Source: an uncultured cyanobacterium (GTDB taxonomy: Bacteria > Cyanobacteriota > Cyanobacteriia > PCC-9006 > JAAUQQ01). Taken from it: 64,000 bases of DNA. Below the pieces are notes generated by a model. The model did not search any database. It was not told where the DNA came from and saw only the letters and a program-made list of their open reading frames with translations. The translations under genes and the position numbers were made by a program. The stretch lies in contig OY970368.1 of assembly GCA_963718615.1 (NCBI GenBank), positions 4,448,001 to 4,512,000 of the forward strand, given 5' to 3'. Shown here piece after piece: positions 32,119-42,223 of the stretch; the first letter of the stretch is position 1, and each line of letters opens with the position of its first letter.

Positions 32119-34695
32119 AGCGAGTGACCTGGCTGATGCCAGTGACGGCTGCATTGCTGAGCAGCGGTGCGCTGTTGTCCATCTGTATGCTGATCAGTCA
32201 GACCGAAAATCATCGGTATCAGCAGGCTCAGCGATTGGAGGTGCTCACCCAGGCTAGCTTTGTACGCGATCGCCTCGAACAATCCGTTAACGAAAAGCTC
32301 GCGATCGTTGAGGGCATTGCCGCCTATGTGGCCCAAAACCCAGAGGTCACCCAGGCAGAATTTGAGCGGCTGGCCCAGGCCTTACTCTCGCGCCATCCTG
32401 AGATTCGCAGCACGAACCTCGCTCGCCACTCGGTGATTAGCCATATTTATCCCTTAGCTGAAAATCAAGCGGTATTGGGATTAGATCTACTGGCACTTCC
32501 AGAACAGCGGTCAGCGGTGCAGCGGGCCATTCAAACCCAGCAATCCATCGTGGCCGGTCCTATGCATTTGGTCCAAGGCGGCGTGGCTTTTGTGAATCGC
32601 ACCCCGATTTTGCTCAACGCGTCCTCCGCTTCGCCCACCTATTGGGGTCTTGCCAGTATCGTTTTGGATGCAGCGCCTCTCTATGAGAAAGCGGGGCTAA
32701 ACCAGCATCCGTTTGGGTTGAAATTTGCGTTGCGAGGAAAAGATGGTCTTGGGGCTGTCGGAGCCGTTTTTTGGGGTGATACCCAACTGTTTGACCAACA
32801 GACCATGCTGCTCAAGATTAAGCTTCCTCACGGTTCCTGGCAGCTAGGCGTGATCCCCCAGCAAGGATGGGCGAGGCGATCGCCCCTTTTCCCCTGGATT
32901 TGGTCTATTGGCGGGGGGATCAGTCTTGGGGCCGGGATCTTGGTAGGCGCGTTGCTCTACGAATCTCAGCGTCTCAATCAAGCAAAGGCCGCAGCGGAGG
33001 TGGCTAATCAGGCCAAAAGCAGATTCTTGGCAAATGTCAGCCACGAACTGCGGACGCCGCTCAATGCCATTTTGGGGCTGAGTCAGTTGATGCGCTGGGA
33101 TCTCGACCTGAGCGCCGAACAGCAGGAAAATCTCCGGATTATTAATACCAGTGGCGAACATTTGCTGGCGTTAATTAACGATGTCTTGGAAATGGCAAAG
33201 ATTGAGTCAGGGCATACCACGCTCAATCCTCAAGAGTTTGATTTTTACAGTCTGCTAGATTCGCTCTACCAGCTCTTGGCGATTCAGGCGATGGAAAAAA
33301 ATCTATTGCTTGAATTTCAGCGAACCGCAACGGTTCCTCAGCGAATTTATGCCGATCCCCAAAAACTGCGTCGAATTTTGCTCAATCTCTTGGGCAATGC
33401 CATTAAATTTACGGAACAAGGTCGCGTAGTTTTGCAGGTGGATAGCAGGGGAGAAGGGCGATCGCTCCAACTCCAATTCACCGTTACGGATACCGGCATT
33501 GGCATTGCACCCGCAGATTTACCCCGCCTCTTTCAGCCCTTTGTGCAGGCAGGAAGACAATTTGATCACCAGACAGGCACCGGCCTAGGTCTGAGTATTA
33601 GTTATCAATTTGTCACCTTGATGGGCGGAAAAATTCAGGTTGAGAGCCAGGAAAACATCGGATCCTGCTTCCGATTTTCGATTGCGGCGATCGCCCTAGA
33701 CGCCTCTGCGGATTTACCGCCCATGGAACAAGCCCGACCCGTTCGTCTGGTATCCCAGCAGCCTCCGTTCCGCATTTTAGTCGTCGAAGACCACTGGCCC
33801 AGCCGTGAACTGCTGGTCAAACTATTGACCACCGTGGGATTTCTGGTCAAAACGGCAGCCGATGGCCAAGAAGCCATTGCCATCGCCCAATTTTGGCGAC
33901 CCCATTTAATTTGGATGGACATGCGCATGCCGGTTCTGGATGGCTATGCCGCTACGGAGCGGATTAAAGCCCTGGACCTTGAGCCCAAACCCATTGTGAT
34001 TGCTCTAACCGCCAGTGCATTTGAGGAAGAGCGACAGCGGGCGATCGCCAGGGGCTGTGATGATTTTGTGCGCAAACCCCTCAAGGACGGCCTCATTCTC
34101 CACAAAATGGCAGAGCATTTAGGTGTTTGCTATGAACCGCTAGAAGGTCCATCCGTAAGGAATTCGGGGGCGATCGACTCCCGCCCGCTCAAGATTTTGG
34201 TGGCGGAGGACAATCTGGTCAATCAAAAGGTCATCCAGCACATGCTCAAGCGCTTGGGCCATGGGGCAGATCTCGCCCATGATGGGCTCGCGGTGTTAGA
34301 GGCCCTTCAGGAACAGCCCTACGATGTCATTTTCATGGATTTGCAAATGCCGCAACTGGATGGCTTAGAAACCACCCGCCGGATTTTCCAGTTGGACGAT
34401 GGTTGGCTAGAAGCATCCGCTGCTTTTCCTCAGGGTACTGTTCCCCACCCAGATACTGTCCCTCAAGCAGCTACTGCTCGGCGTAACTATCCTTGGATTG
34501 TGGCCGTTACTGCGAGCGAAGCCCCAGAAGGAGATTCAGGCTTGTTTGGATGCAGGGATGGTGGCTCATCTGCAAAAACCGCTCAAACTGGAACAGCTTG
34601 AACAGGTCTTAGCCAAGTTGCAGGAGAGGATTGAGGGCGATCGCCTTGCGTTCCATTCCCGCCCACTCAATTCCAGCCCTAGGTATCAAAATTGA
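32097..34695 (+). CDS. CHASE-domain hybrid histidine kinase (TM-CHASE-TM-HisKA-HATPase-REC-REC), +1 frameshift at about 34528 (probable sequence error)
   Basis: CHASE ([10 protein letters not shown]), SHELRTPLN, two receivers. Removing one A restores [19 protein letters not shown] in the second receiver. Start is 32097 or 32136. Confidence 0.88.
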
Positions 34696-35980
34696 GCCGC
34701 TTGGCCACGGATTGCACATCCTTATCTCCCCGTCCCGAACAATTCAGCACAATGCGAGGACTTCCCTCCAACTGCGGGCACAGCTTATCCAAATAGGCCA
34801 AGGCATGGGAGGTTTCCAGCGCTGGAATAATCCCTTCCAATCGCGAAACCCACTGAAATGCCGCCAGGGCTTCATCATCGGTGACGCTGTAATATTCTGC
34901 GCGCCCCTGCTCCATCAAATAACTATGCTCGGGACCCACACCGGGATAATCCAGGCCCGCACTGATGGAATGGGCTTCGATAATTTGTCCATCTTCGTCC
35001 TGGAGCAAATAGCTCATGGCCCCATGCAGGACACCAACGCGGCCTTTGGTTAGCGTCGCCGCATGTTTCTGGGTCGTCACGCCTTCCCCCGCCGCTTCGA
35101 CGCCAATGATTCTGACGCTAGACTCATTAATAAATTCATTAAACAATCCCATGGCATTGGACCCCCCGCCCACGCAGGCCATGAGAATATCCGGTAGCCC
35201 ACCCCATTTCTCTTGGCATTGCCGCCGCACTTCCTGGCCGATCATCGAATGAAATTCCCGCACAATCATAGGGTAGGGATGGGGACCGGCCACAGATCCC
35301 AGAATGTAGTGGGTGTCTTCAACATTGGTGACCCAATCCCGAATGGCTTCTGAGGTGGCATCCTTGAGCGTGCCGCTTCCCGCTGCCACTCCCCGAACTT
35401 CTGCCCCCATTAACCGCATGCGGAAGACATTGAGCGCCTGCCGCTCCATGTCCTGAACCCCCATGTAGATCACACAATCGATCCCAAAGCGCGCACAGAC
35501 CGTAGCAGTGGCCACTCCATGCTGACCCGCGCCAGTTTCGGCAATCACGCGCTTTTTGCCCATGCGCTTGGCCAGCAGGGCCTGCCCAAGGGCGTTATTG
35601 ATTTTGTGGGCTCCCGTATGGTTAAGATCTTCGCGTTTGAGATAGATCTGTGGGCCACCGCCATCCCCACGGGCGTAGCGCTCGGTCAGCCGCTCTGCAA
35701 AATATAGCGGATTGGGACGACCCACGTAATCTCGCAGGAGGTCCTGAAATTCTGCTTGAAATGCTGCGTCCGGATAGTACTGCTGAAATGCTTCTTCTAA
35801 CTCGCTGAGGGCTGGCATCAGCGTTTCTGGCACGTACTTACCGCCAAACTGCCCAAATCGACCCAAGGCATCGGGACGGGCTCCTAATGATGCGATCGCC
35901 TCCTGAATCGAAAGCGATGAATGGGCGTCAAAGGTGGACTGGAGCGGCGTAAAAGTCATGGGATCTGGGCTTTGGGTCAT
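34679..35980 (-). CDS. trpB: Tryptophan synthase beta chain
   Basis: [51 protein letters not shown]. Confidence 0.98.
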   Translation of the reverse strand: MTQSPDPMTFTPLQSTFDAHSSLSIQEAIASLGARPDALGRFGQFGGKYVPETLMPALSELEEAFQQYYPDAAFQAEFQDLLRDYVGRPNPLYFAERLTERYARGDGGGPQIYLKREDLNHTGAHKINNALGQALLAKRMGKKRVIAETGAGQHGVATATVCARFGIDCVIYMGVQDMERQALNVFRMRLMGAEVRGVAAGSGTLKDATSEAIRDWVTNVEDTHYILGSVAGPHPYPMIVREFHSMIGQEVRRQCQEKWGGLPDILMACVGGGSNAMGLFNEFINESSVRIIGVEAAGEGVTTQKHAATLTKGRVGVLHGAMSYLLQDEDGQIIEAHSISAGLDYPGVGPEHSYLMEQGRAEYYSVTDDEALAAFQWVSRLEGIIPALETSHALAYLDKLCPQLEGSPRIVLNCSGRGDKDVQSVAKRLNFDT

Positions 35981-36136
35981 GAAAAAGGGTTCCCCATTAT
36001 AGGCCGATGGGACTTCCCAGATCAGTACGCAGGGCCAGACTAGGGATAGACTAGGGCCAGATTTCCGTAGTACTCAGCCAACGAAAACACCGGCTAAGGA
36101 GCCGGGAGAACCTGATGACTTTTGGCATCTCAGAGC

Positions 36137-36325
36137 TTACGACCTAAAGCGGCGTTTGTTCTGACGGTGCCGAGCGACTAATTTGCGTTTGCGTTTTTCG
36201 GTAGGGGTTTCAAAGTGGCGATTTTTGCGCATGTCTGCGAAAATCCCTGCTTTAGAGACTTCCCGCTTAAATCGACGAAGCGCAGATTCGATACCTTCCC
36301 CATCTCCGGGTATTACTTGGGTCAT
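36137..36325 (-). CDS. rpsU: 30S ribosomal protein S21
   Basis: [17 protein letters not shown]...HFETP.EKRKRK. Confidence 0.96.
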   Translation of the reverse strand: MTQVIPGDGEGIESALRRFKREVSKAGIFADMRKNRHFETPTEKRKRKLVARHRQNKRRFRS

Positions 36326-36423
36326 CTAACTCTCATACATGGACGACTGAAAAAAGCTCGCTCCTGGCTTTCTCTCGGTCTGTTAGGACTGTGAAAAGAC
36401 AATCTCAAGAGCGAGCAAAGTAT

Positions 36424-36669
36424 TTACTGGCGCGGCTTAGCTTTATTGACCTTAAGATCTCGCCCCATCCACTCAGCTCCGTTCAGGGCTTCGATGGCAG
36501 CTTCTTCTTCGGACTCTGTCGCCATTTCAATAAAGGCAAAGCCTCGCAGACGACCTGTATCGCGATCGGAAACCAAGTGGGCACGCTTAACGGTTCCATA
36601 TTCCGCGAAAATTTCAGTTAGATCGTCTTGGGTGACGTCGAACGATAAGTTGCCAACAAAAACGGACAT
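36424..36669 (-). CDS. RRM RNA-binding protein (Rbp family)
   Basis: RNP2 VFVGNL, RNP1 RGFAFIEM; in the usual rbp-rpsU pairing. Confidence 0.95.
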   Translation of the reverse strand: MSVFVGNLSFDVTQDDLTEIFAEYGTVKRAHLVSDRDTGRLRGFAFIEMATESEEEAAIEALNGAEWMGRDLKVNKAKPRQ

Positions 36670-36819
36670 AGGGCCTCCAGAAATGAAGATGAAGAGGACT
36701 TTCAGATCTGGAGAGACGCTTTTTAGGACGAATTACAAAATCGAAAGTAATGCCGTGAGCATAACACATTAGCGACCCCCAAAGCGCAGCAAACACCCTT
36801 GCAAAACACTTTGAAGCAA

Positions 36820-36847
36820 CAAAGCCCCCGCAATTGCGGGGGCTTTG
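36820..36847 (-). terminator. psaAB terminator hairpin
   Basis: Perfect inverted repeat CAAAGCCCCCGC-AATT-GCGGGGGCTTTG just downstream of the psaB stop. Confidence 0.85.
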
Positions 36848-36874
36848 CCTTGTCCTAATGAAGGGCGAGTCGGA

Positions 36875-39088
36875 TTACCCGAACTTGCTAGCCGTGGAGG
36901 CAATTAGGAAGGCGGCGTAGGTGAGGACAAAGCCCACTGCGAAGTGTGCCAAGCCAACCACACGAGCCTGAACGATGGAGAGTGCAACGGGCTTATCTTT
37001 CCAGCCAATCAGGTTGGCCAGAGGAGTCCGCTCATGTGCCCAAACAATCGTTTCAATCAGTTCTTGCCAGTAACCTCTCCAGGAGATCAAGAACATGAAG
37101 CCGGTTGCCCAAACCAGGTGTCCAAAGAGGAACATCCAGGCCCAGACCGACAGGTTGTTCGTGCCGAAGGGGTTGTAGCCGTTAATCAGCTGGGCAGAGT
37201 TCAGCCACAGATAGTCGCGGAACCAGCCCATCAGATAGGTGGAGGACTCGTTGAACTGAGCCACGTTGCCTTGCCATAGCGCCAGATGTTTCCAGTGCCA
37301 GTAGAAGGTCAACCAAGCCACGGTGTTCAAGGCCCAGAAGAGCGAGAGATAGAAGGCGTCCCATGCGGAGATGTCGCAGGTGCCGCCCCGACCGGGACCG
37401 TCACAGGGGAAGCTGTAACCGAAGTCCTTTTTGTCGGGCATGAGTTTGGAACCACGGGCATCCAAAGCACCTTTCACCAGAATCAAGGTGGTGGTGTGGA
37501 GACCCAGGGCGATCGCATGGTGAACCAGGAAGTCGCCAGGACCGATGGTCAAGAACAGCGAGTTAGAACCGCTATTGATCGCATCGAGCCAACCGGGCAA
37601 CCAAACATTGCCATGGTTCGGGAACGCCGTGTAGGCCACGCTGTCCGAATTAGACAGCAGGGTATCAAAACCGTAGATCAGCTTGCCGTGAGCCGCTTGG
37701 ATCCACTGAGCAAACACGGGTTCGATCAGGATTTGCTTTTCGGGAGTTCCGAAAGCAACGGTCACATCATTGTGAACGTAGAGGAAGAGGGTGTGGAAAC
37801 CCAGGAACAAGGAGACCCAGCTCAGGTGAGAGATGATGGCCTCTTTGTGGTCCAGAACCCGAGCGAGAACGTTGTTCTTGTTGGATTCGGGATCGTAGTC
37901 GCGCACCAGGAAGATCGCGCCGTGGGCAAAGGCCCCAACCATCAGGAAAATCGCAATGTACTGGTGGTGGGTGTAAAGCGCGGCTTGCGTGGTGTAGTCC
38001 TTAGCGATAAACGCGTAGGACGGCATCGAATACATGTGCTGAGCAACCAGGGAGGTCACAACTCCTAGGCAAGCTAGGTGCCAACCAAGCTGGAAGTGCA
38101 GCGAGTTGTTGTAGGTATCGTAGATACCTTTGTGGGCTTCACCTAGACGACCGGAAGGCGGCTTGTGCGCTTCCATGATCTCTTTCATGCTGTGACCGAT
38201 ACCGAAGTTGGTCCGGTACATGTGGCCTGCAACGATGAAGAGAACGGCGATCGCCAAATGGTGGTGAGCAATATCCGTCAGCCAAAGGGCTTCGGTCTGA
38301 GGGTGGAAGCCACCGAGGAAGGTCAGAATCGCAGTCCCAGCGCCCTGGGAAGTCCCAAAGACATGGCTTGCAGAGTCTGCATTCTCGGCGTACACGCCCC
38401 AGTTACCGGTGAAGAACGGCGTCAAACCTGCGGGGTGAGGCGCAACGGACAGGAAGTTATCCCAGCCGACGTGCTGACCGCGTGCTTCAGGAATGGCGAC
38501 GTGAACCAGGTGACCGGTCCAAGCCAAGGAGCTGACGCCAAACAGACCAGCCAAGTGGTGGTTGAGGCGGGATTCAGCATTCTTGAACCAGGCCAAGCTC
38601 GGACGGAACTTGGGCTGAAGGTGGAGCCAACCGGCAAACAGGAAGATAGCAGACAGGATCATCAAGAAGATGGAACCCTGGTACAGATCTCCATTCGTGC
38701 GCATGCCGATGGTGTACCACCAGTGGTAAACGCCAGAGTAGGCAATGTTTACCGGGGAAGAAGCGCCAGCTTGAGTAAAGGCATCGATCGCCCCTTGACC
38801 AAACTGGGGATCCCAAATCGCATGGGCGATGGGACGAACATTCAGAGGATCTTTGATCCACTGTTCAAAGTTGCCTTGCCAGGCGACGTGGAACAGGTTG
38901 CCGGAGACCCAGAGGAAAATGATTGCCAAGTGGCCGAAGTGAGAAGCAAAAATCTTTTGGTAAAGATTCTCTTCCGTCATGCCGTCATGGCTTTCAAAGT
39001 CGTGAGCCGTGGCAATCCCGTACCAAATCCGACGTGTTGTCGGATCTTGGGCCAGATCCTGGCTAAATTTCGGGAATTTAGTTGCCAT
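36875..39088 (-). CDS. psaB: Photosystem I P700 apoprotein A2
   Basis: [22 protein letters not shown]; [18 protein letters not shown]. Confidence 0.99.
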   Translation of the reverse strand: MATKFPKFSQDLAQDPTTRRIWYGIATAHDFESHDGMTEENLYQKIFASHFGHLAIIFLWVSGNLFHVAWQGNFEQWIKDPLNVRPIAHAIWDPQFGQGAIDAFTQAGASSPVNIAYSGVYHWWYTIGMRTNGDLYQGSIFLMILSAIFLFAGWLHLQPKFRPSLAWFKNAESRLNHHLAGLFGVSSLAWTGHLVHVAIPEARGQHVGWDNFLSVAPHPAGLTPFFTGNWGVYAENADSASHVFGTSQGAGTAILTFLGGFHPQTEALWLTDIAHHHLAIAVLFIVAGHMYRTNFGIGHSMKEIMEAHKPPSGRLGEAHKGIYDTYNNSLHFQLGWHLACLGVVTSLVAQHMYSMPSYAFIAKDYTTQAALYTHHQYIAIFLMVGAFAHGAIFLVRDYDPESNKNNVLARVLDHKEAIISHLSWVSLFLGFHTLFLYVHNDVTVAFGTPEKQILIEPVFAQWIQAAHGKLIYGFDTLLSNSDSVAYTAFPNHGNVWLPGWLDAINSGSNSLFLTIGPGDFLVHHAIALGLHTTTLILVKGALDARGSKLMPDKKDFGYSFPCDGPGRGGTCDISAWDAFYLSLFWALNTVAWLTFYWHWKHLALWQGNVAQFNESSTYLMGWFRDYLWLNSAQLINGYNPFGTNNLSVWAWMFLFGHLVWATGFMFLISWRGYWQELIETIVWAHERTPLANLIGWKDKPVALSIVQARVVGLAHFAVGFVLTYAAFLIASTASKFG

Positions 39089-39105
39089 AAGTCAGTTGCT
39101 CAACC

Positions 39106-41406
39106 TCATCCACTCACTGCAATGATTCGTGCTAGGAAGAAGGCCCAAGTTGTGCCAATCCCTCCCAGGAGATAGTGAGCTACACCCACTGCGCGACCTT
39201 GAGTAATGCTCAAAGCGCGAGGCTGGATTGCCGGAGCAACCTTCAGCTTGTTGTGAGCCCAAACAATCGACTCAATTAGCTCTTGCCAGTAGCCACGGCC
39301 ACTGAACAGGAACATCAGACTGAATGCCCAGACAAAGTGAGCGCCCAAGAAGATTAGACCATAGGCAGAGAGTGCACTGCCATAGCTCGTAATTACCTGG
39401 GAAGCTTGTGCCCAGAGGAAGTCACGCAGCCAGCCATTGATCGTAATCGCGCTGTTGGCAAAGTTGCCGTTGGCGATGTGAGAAATGGACCCATCTGCAT
39501 TAACCGTACCCCACACATCCGACTGCATCTTCCAACTGAAGTGGAAAATCACAATCGAGAGAGAGTTGTACATCCAGAACAGACCTAGGAAGACGTGGTC
39601 CCAACCAGAAACCTGGCAGGTGCCGCCCCGTCCAGGACCGTCGCAAGGGAACCGGAAACCCAGATTCGCCTTGTCGGGAACGAGCCGAGAGCTGCGAGCG
39701 TAAAGAACGCCCTTCAGCAGAATCAGCACCGTCACGTGAATTGTGAAGGCGTGAATGTGGTGAACCATGAAATCCGCAGTGCCAAGGGCAATGGGCATCA
39801 TGGCGACTTTTCCACCCACCGCTACAACACCACCGCCGAAGGCATGGCTGACAATGTCAGTTGCGCCAGGAGCAGTAGCACCACCCGCAGCCACTGCGTG
39901 GAGACTTTGAATCCACTGGGCAAAGACGGGCTGTAGCTTAATGGCTGAATCGGAGAACATGTCCTGGGGACGGCCCAAGGCACGCATGGTGTCGTTGTGG
40001 ACGTATAGACCGAAGCTATGGAAGCCAAGGAAAATACAAACCCAATTCAGGTGGGAGATAATTGCATCGCGATGGCGAAGAACGCGATCGAGCAGATTAT
40101 CTACATGCTGAGAAGGCACATAGTCACGAACCATGAAAATGGCTGCGTGTGCGCCGGCACCCACAATCAAGAATCCGCCAATCCACATGTGGTGAGTAAA
40201 TAGCGAAAGCTGAGTGGGGTAATCAACCGCAATGTAGGGGTAAGGAGGCATGGAGTACATGTGCTGCGCTACCAGAATAGATAGCGAACCCATCCACGCC
40301 AAGTTCCAAGACAACTGACAATGCCAGGAATTGGTGAAGATTTCATACATGCCCTTATGGCCTTCGCCAGTAAAGGGACCTTTATGAGCTTCAAGCACCT
40401 CTTTGAAGGTGTGACCAATGCCCCAGTTAGTACGGTAGTAGTGGCCTGCAATGATAAAGAGAACAGCCAGGGCCAAGTGATGGTGAGCTGTATCAGACAG
40501 CCAGAGACCACCGGTCACAGGGTTCAATCCACCTTTGAAGGTCAAGAAATCAGCATACACACCCCAGTTCAGGGTGAAGAACGGCTTGATCCCTTCTGCA
40601 AAGCTGGGGTAAATATCCGCCATGAGGCTGGGATTCAAAATCCACTCCTGGGGCAGTGGAATTGCACTCACTGAATCGATGAGCTTGCCACCGATTGTCA
40701 GAGGTGACCCTGCGTCAATTGCATCTAAACAAGCATTGATTGGCAAGGAGACATGAATCTGCTGCCCGGCATAACCTAAGCATCCCAAGCCCAGCAGACC
40801 TGCCAGGTGGTGATTCATCATCGATTCCACATTCTGGAACCACTCCAACTTGGGAGCAGCCTTGTGATAGTGGAACCAACCGGCAAAGAGCATCAGAGCA
40901 GCCATGACGAGAGCGCCAATGGCAGTGCAATAAAGCTCATAGGTGTTTGTTATGCCATTTGCACGCCACAGCTGAAATAATCCAGAAGTAATCTGAATGC
41001 CGTGGAAGCCGCCGCCAACATCACCGTTCAGGATTTCCTGACCAACGATAGGCCATACAACTTGTGCACTCGGTTTAATGTGAGTGGGATCACTCAGCCA
41101 GGCTGAGTAATTTGAAAAACGTGCGCCATGAAAATAGGCACCGCTCAACCAGATGAAAACAACAGCCAGGTGGCCGAAGTGAGCGCTGAAGATCTTCCGA
41201 GAAATATCTTCTAAATCGCTCGTGTGACTATCAAAATCGTGGGCGTCAGCATGAAGGTTCCAAATCCAAGTTGTGGTTTTGGGACCCTTCGCCAGCGTCC
41301 GGTCGAAGTGACCCGGTTGCCCCCACTTCTCGAAAGAAGTAGGAACGGGGTTGCTATCAACCGTCACCTTTGCTTTAGCGCCACGCTCCGGTGGACTTTT
41401 TGTCAT
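39106..41406 (-). CDS. psaA: Photosystem I P700 apoprotein A1
   Basis: [29 protein letters not shown]. Confidence 0.99.
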   Translation of the reverse strand: MTKSPPERGAKAKVTVDSNPVPTSFEKWGQPGHFDRTLAKGPKTTTWIWNLHADAHDFDSHTSDLEDISRKIFSAHFGHLAVVFIWLSGAYFHGARFSNYSAWLSDPTHIKPSAQVVWPIVGQEILNGDVGGGFHGIQITSGLFQLWRANGITNTYELYCTAIGALVMAALMLFAGWFHYHKAAPKLEWFQNVESMMNHHLAGLLGLGCLGYAGQQIHVSLPINACLDAIDAGSPLTIGGKLIDSVSAIPLPQEWILNPSLMADIYPSFAEGIKPFFTLNWGVYADFLTFKGGLNPVTGGLWLSDTAHHHLALAVLFIIAGHYYRTNWGIGHTFKEVLEAHKGPFTGEGHKGMYEIFTNSWHCQLSWNLAWMGSLSILVAQHMYSMPPYPYIAVDYPTQLSLFTHHMWIGGFLIVGAGAHAAIFMVRDYVPSQHVDNLLDRVLRHRDAIISHLNWVCIFLGFHSFGLYVHNDTMRALGRPQDMFSDSAIKLQPVFAQWIQSLHAVAAGGATAPGATDIVSHAFGGGVVAVGGKVAMMPIALGTADFMVHHIHAFTIHVTVLILLKGVLYARSSRLVPDKANLGFRFPCDGPGRGGTCQVSGWDHVFLGLFWMYNSLSIVIFHFSWKMQSDVWGTVNADGSISHIANGNFANSAITINGWLRDFLWAQASQVITSYGSALSAYGLIFLGAHFVWAFSLMFLFSGRGYWQELIESIVWAHNKLKVAPAIQPRALSITQGRAVGVAHYLLGGIGTTWAFFLARIIAVSG

Positions 41407-41409
41407 CGA

Positions 41410-41545
41410 GACTCTCCTCTCTTAAGACAAGGAACGAGGCCCTCCTCCGCCCCGGATGAATGCTCCGAGGAGCCCTCATCCTTTTTGAATCAACCCGGCT
41501 TTGCGCCCCAAGAGGCGTTAGATTCGCCGGGTTTGCTCTTGTTAA
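41410..41545 (-). promoter_or_regulatory. Structured psaA 5' leader (psaA RNA motif-like)
   Basis: Two hairpins, AACCCGGC..GCCGGGTT (41492-41533) and GAGGGCTCCTC..GAGGAGGGCCTC (41436-41477), upstream of the AGAGGAG RBS. Confidence 0.55.
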
Positions 41546-42223
41546 CGGTGTTTAGTGTGCTTTAGCTCAGTTGAATGGCTCTCTCTAGCGGTAAATCCAG
41601 GGATCGCCTCAAATTTAAGCCGGGGGGGAGTTCTTTCAGTGCATTATAGAGGCCGCTCTGAAGGCCCCTTCGAGACGATTAACAATAATTCAAACTCAGG
41701 TTTTCCAAGAGTTTGCAGCGTCTCTACCTTTTTCGGCGAATACCTAAAGTCACGCTGAGTTGCGATCGCCGTTACAAAATGAAATATCTCTTTATTAGCA
41801 ACAAGAAAGCAGCCTCAAGATTCTCGTTTTTCCTTACTGGGCAAGGCGTTGCTGAATTAGCCTGGGGCGATCGCTCTAGCCCCCTTCCCTGGATCAACCT
41901 ATGTTAAAGATTGGTGATATTTATGCATATCATCCCTAAAGGGCTTCAGACTGGGCTCCCTGAATTCGTGAGGTTGTGAATCATTCCTGAACTAAATATT
42001 AATGTTTGTTCATAATCGGTCGATGGCGGGGGTAATCTAGGGCGCTAGTTGGAAACAGCGAGGCGAGAATTCCAGAAAACTAGGCTGGCTCCCCGGTAAA
42101 GGCTCAAAAATCTAAGCGAAGGCAAGAAATTGTAAAGGAGCTATGGATGATGCCCCACATCACGCCCTAAGCTTGGTAGGGATGAGAATCCTTTGACGTT
42201 GGTACTCGTGTGAGGTTCTGAGA

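Noticed and set aside
36944-40674. Long plus-strand ORFs (260 and 336 aa) opposite psaAB
   Set aside because: Antisense shadows produced by the codon bias of highly expressed genes.
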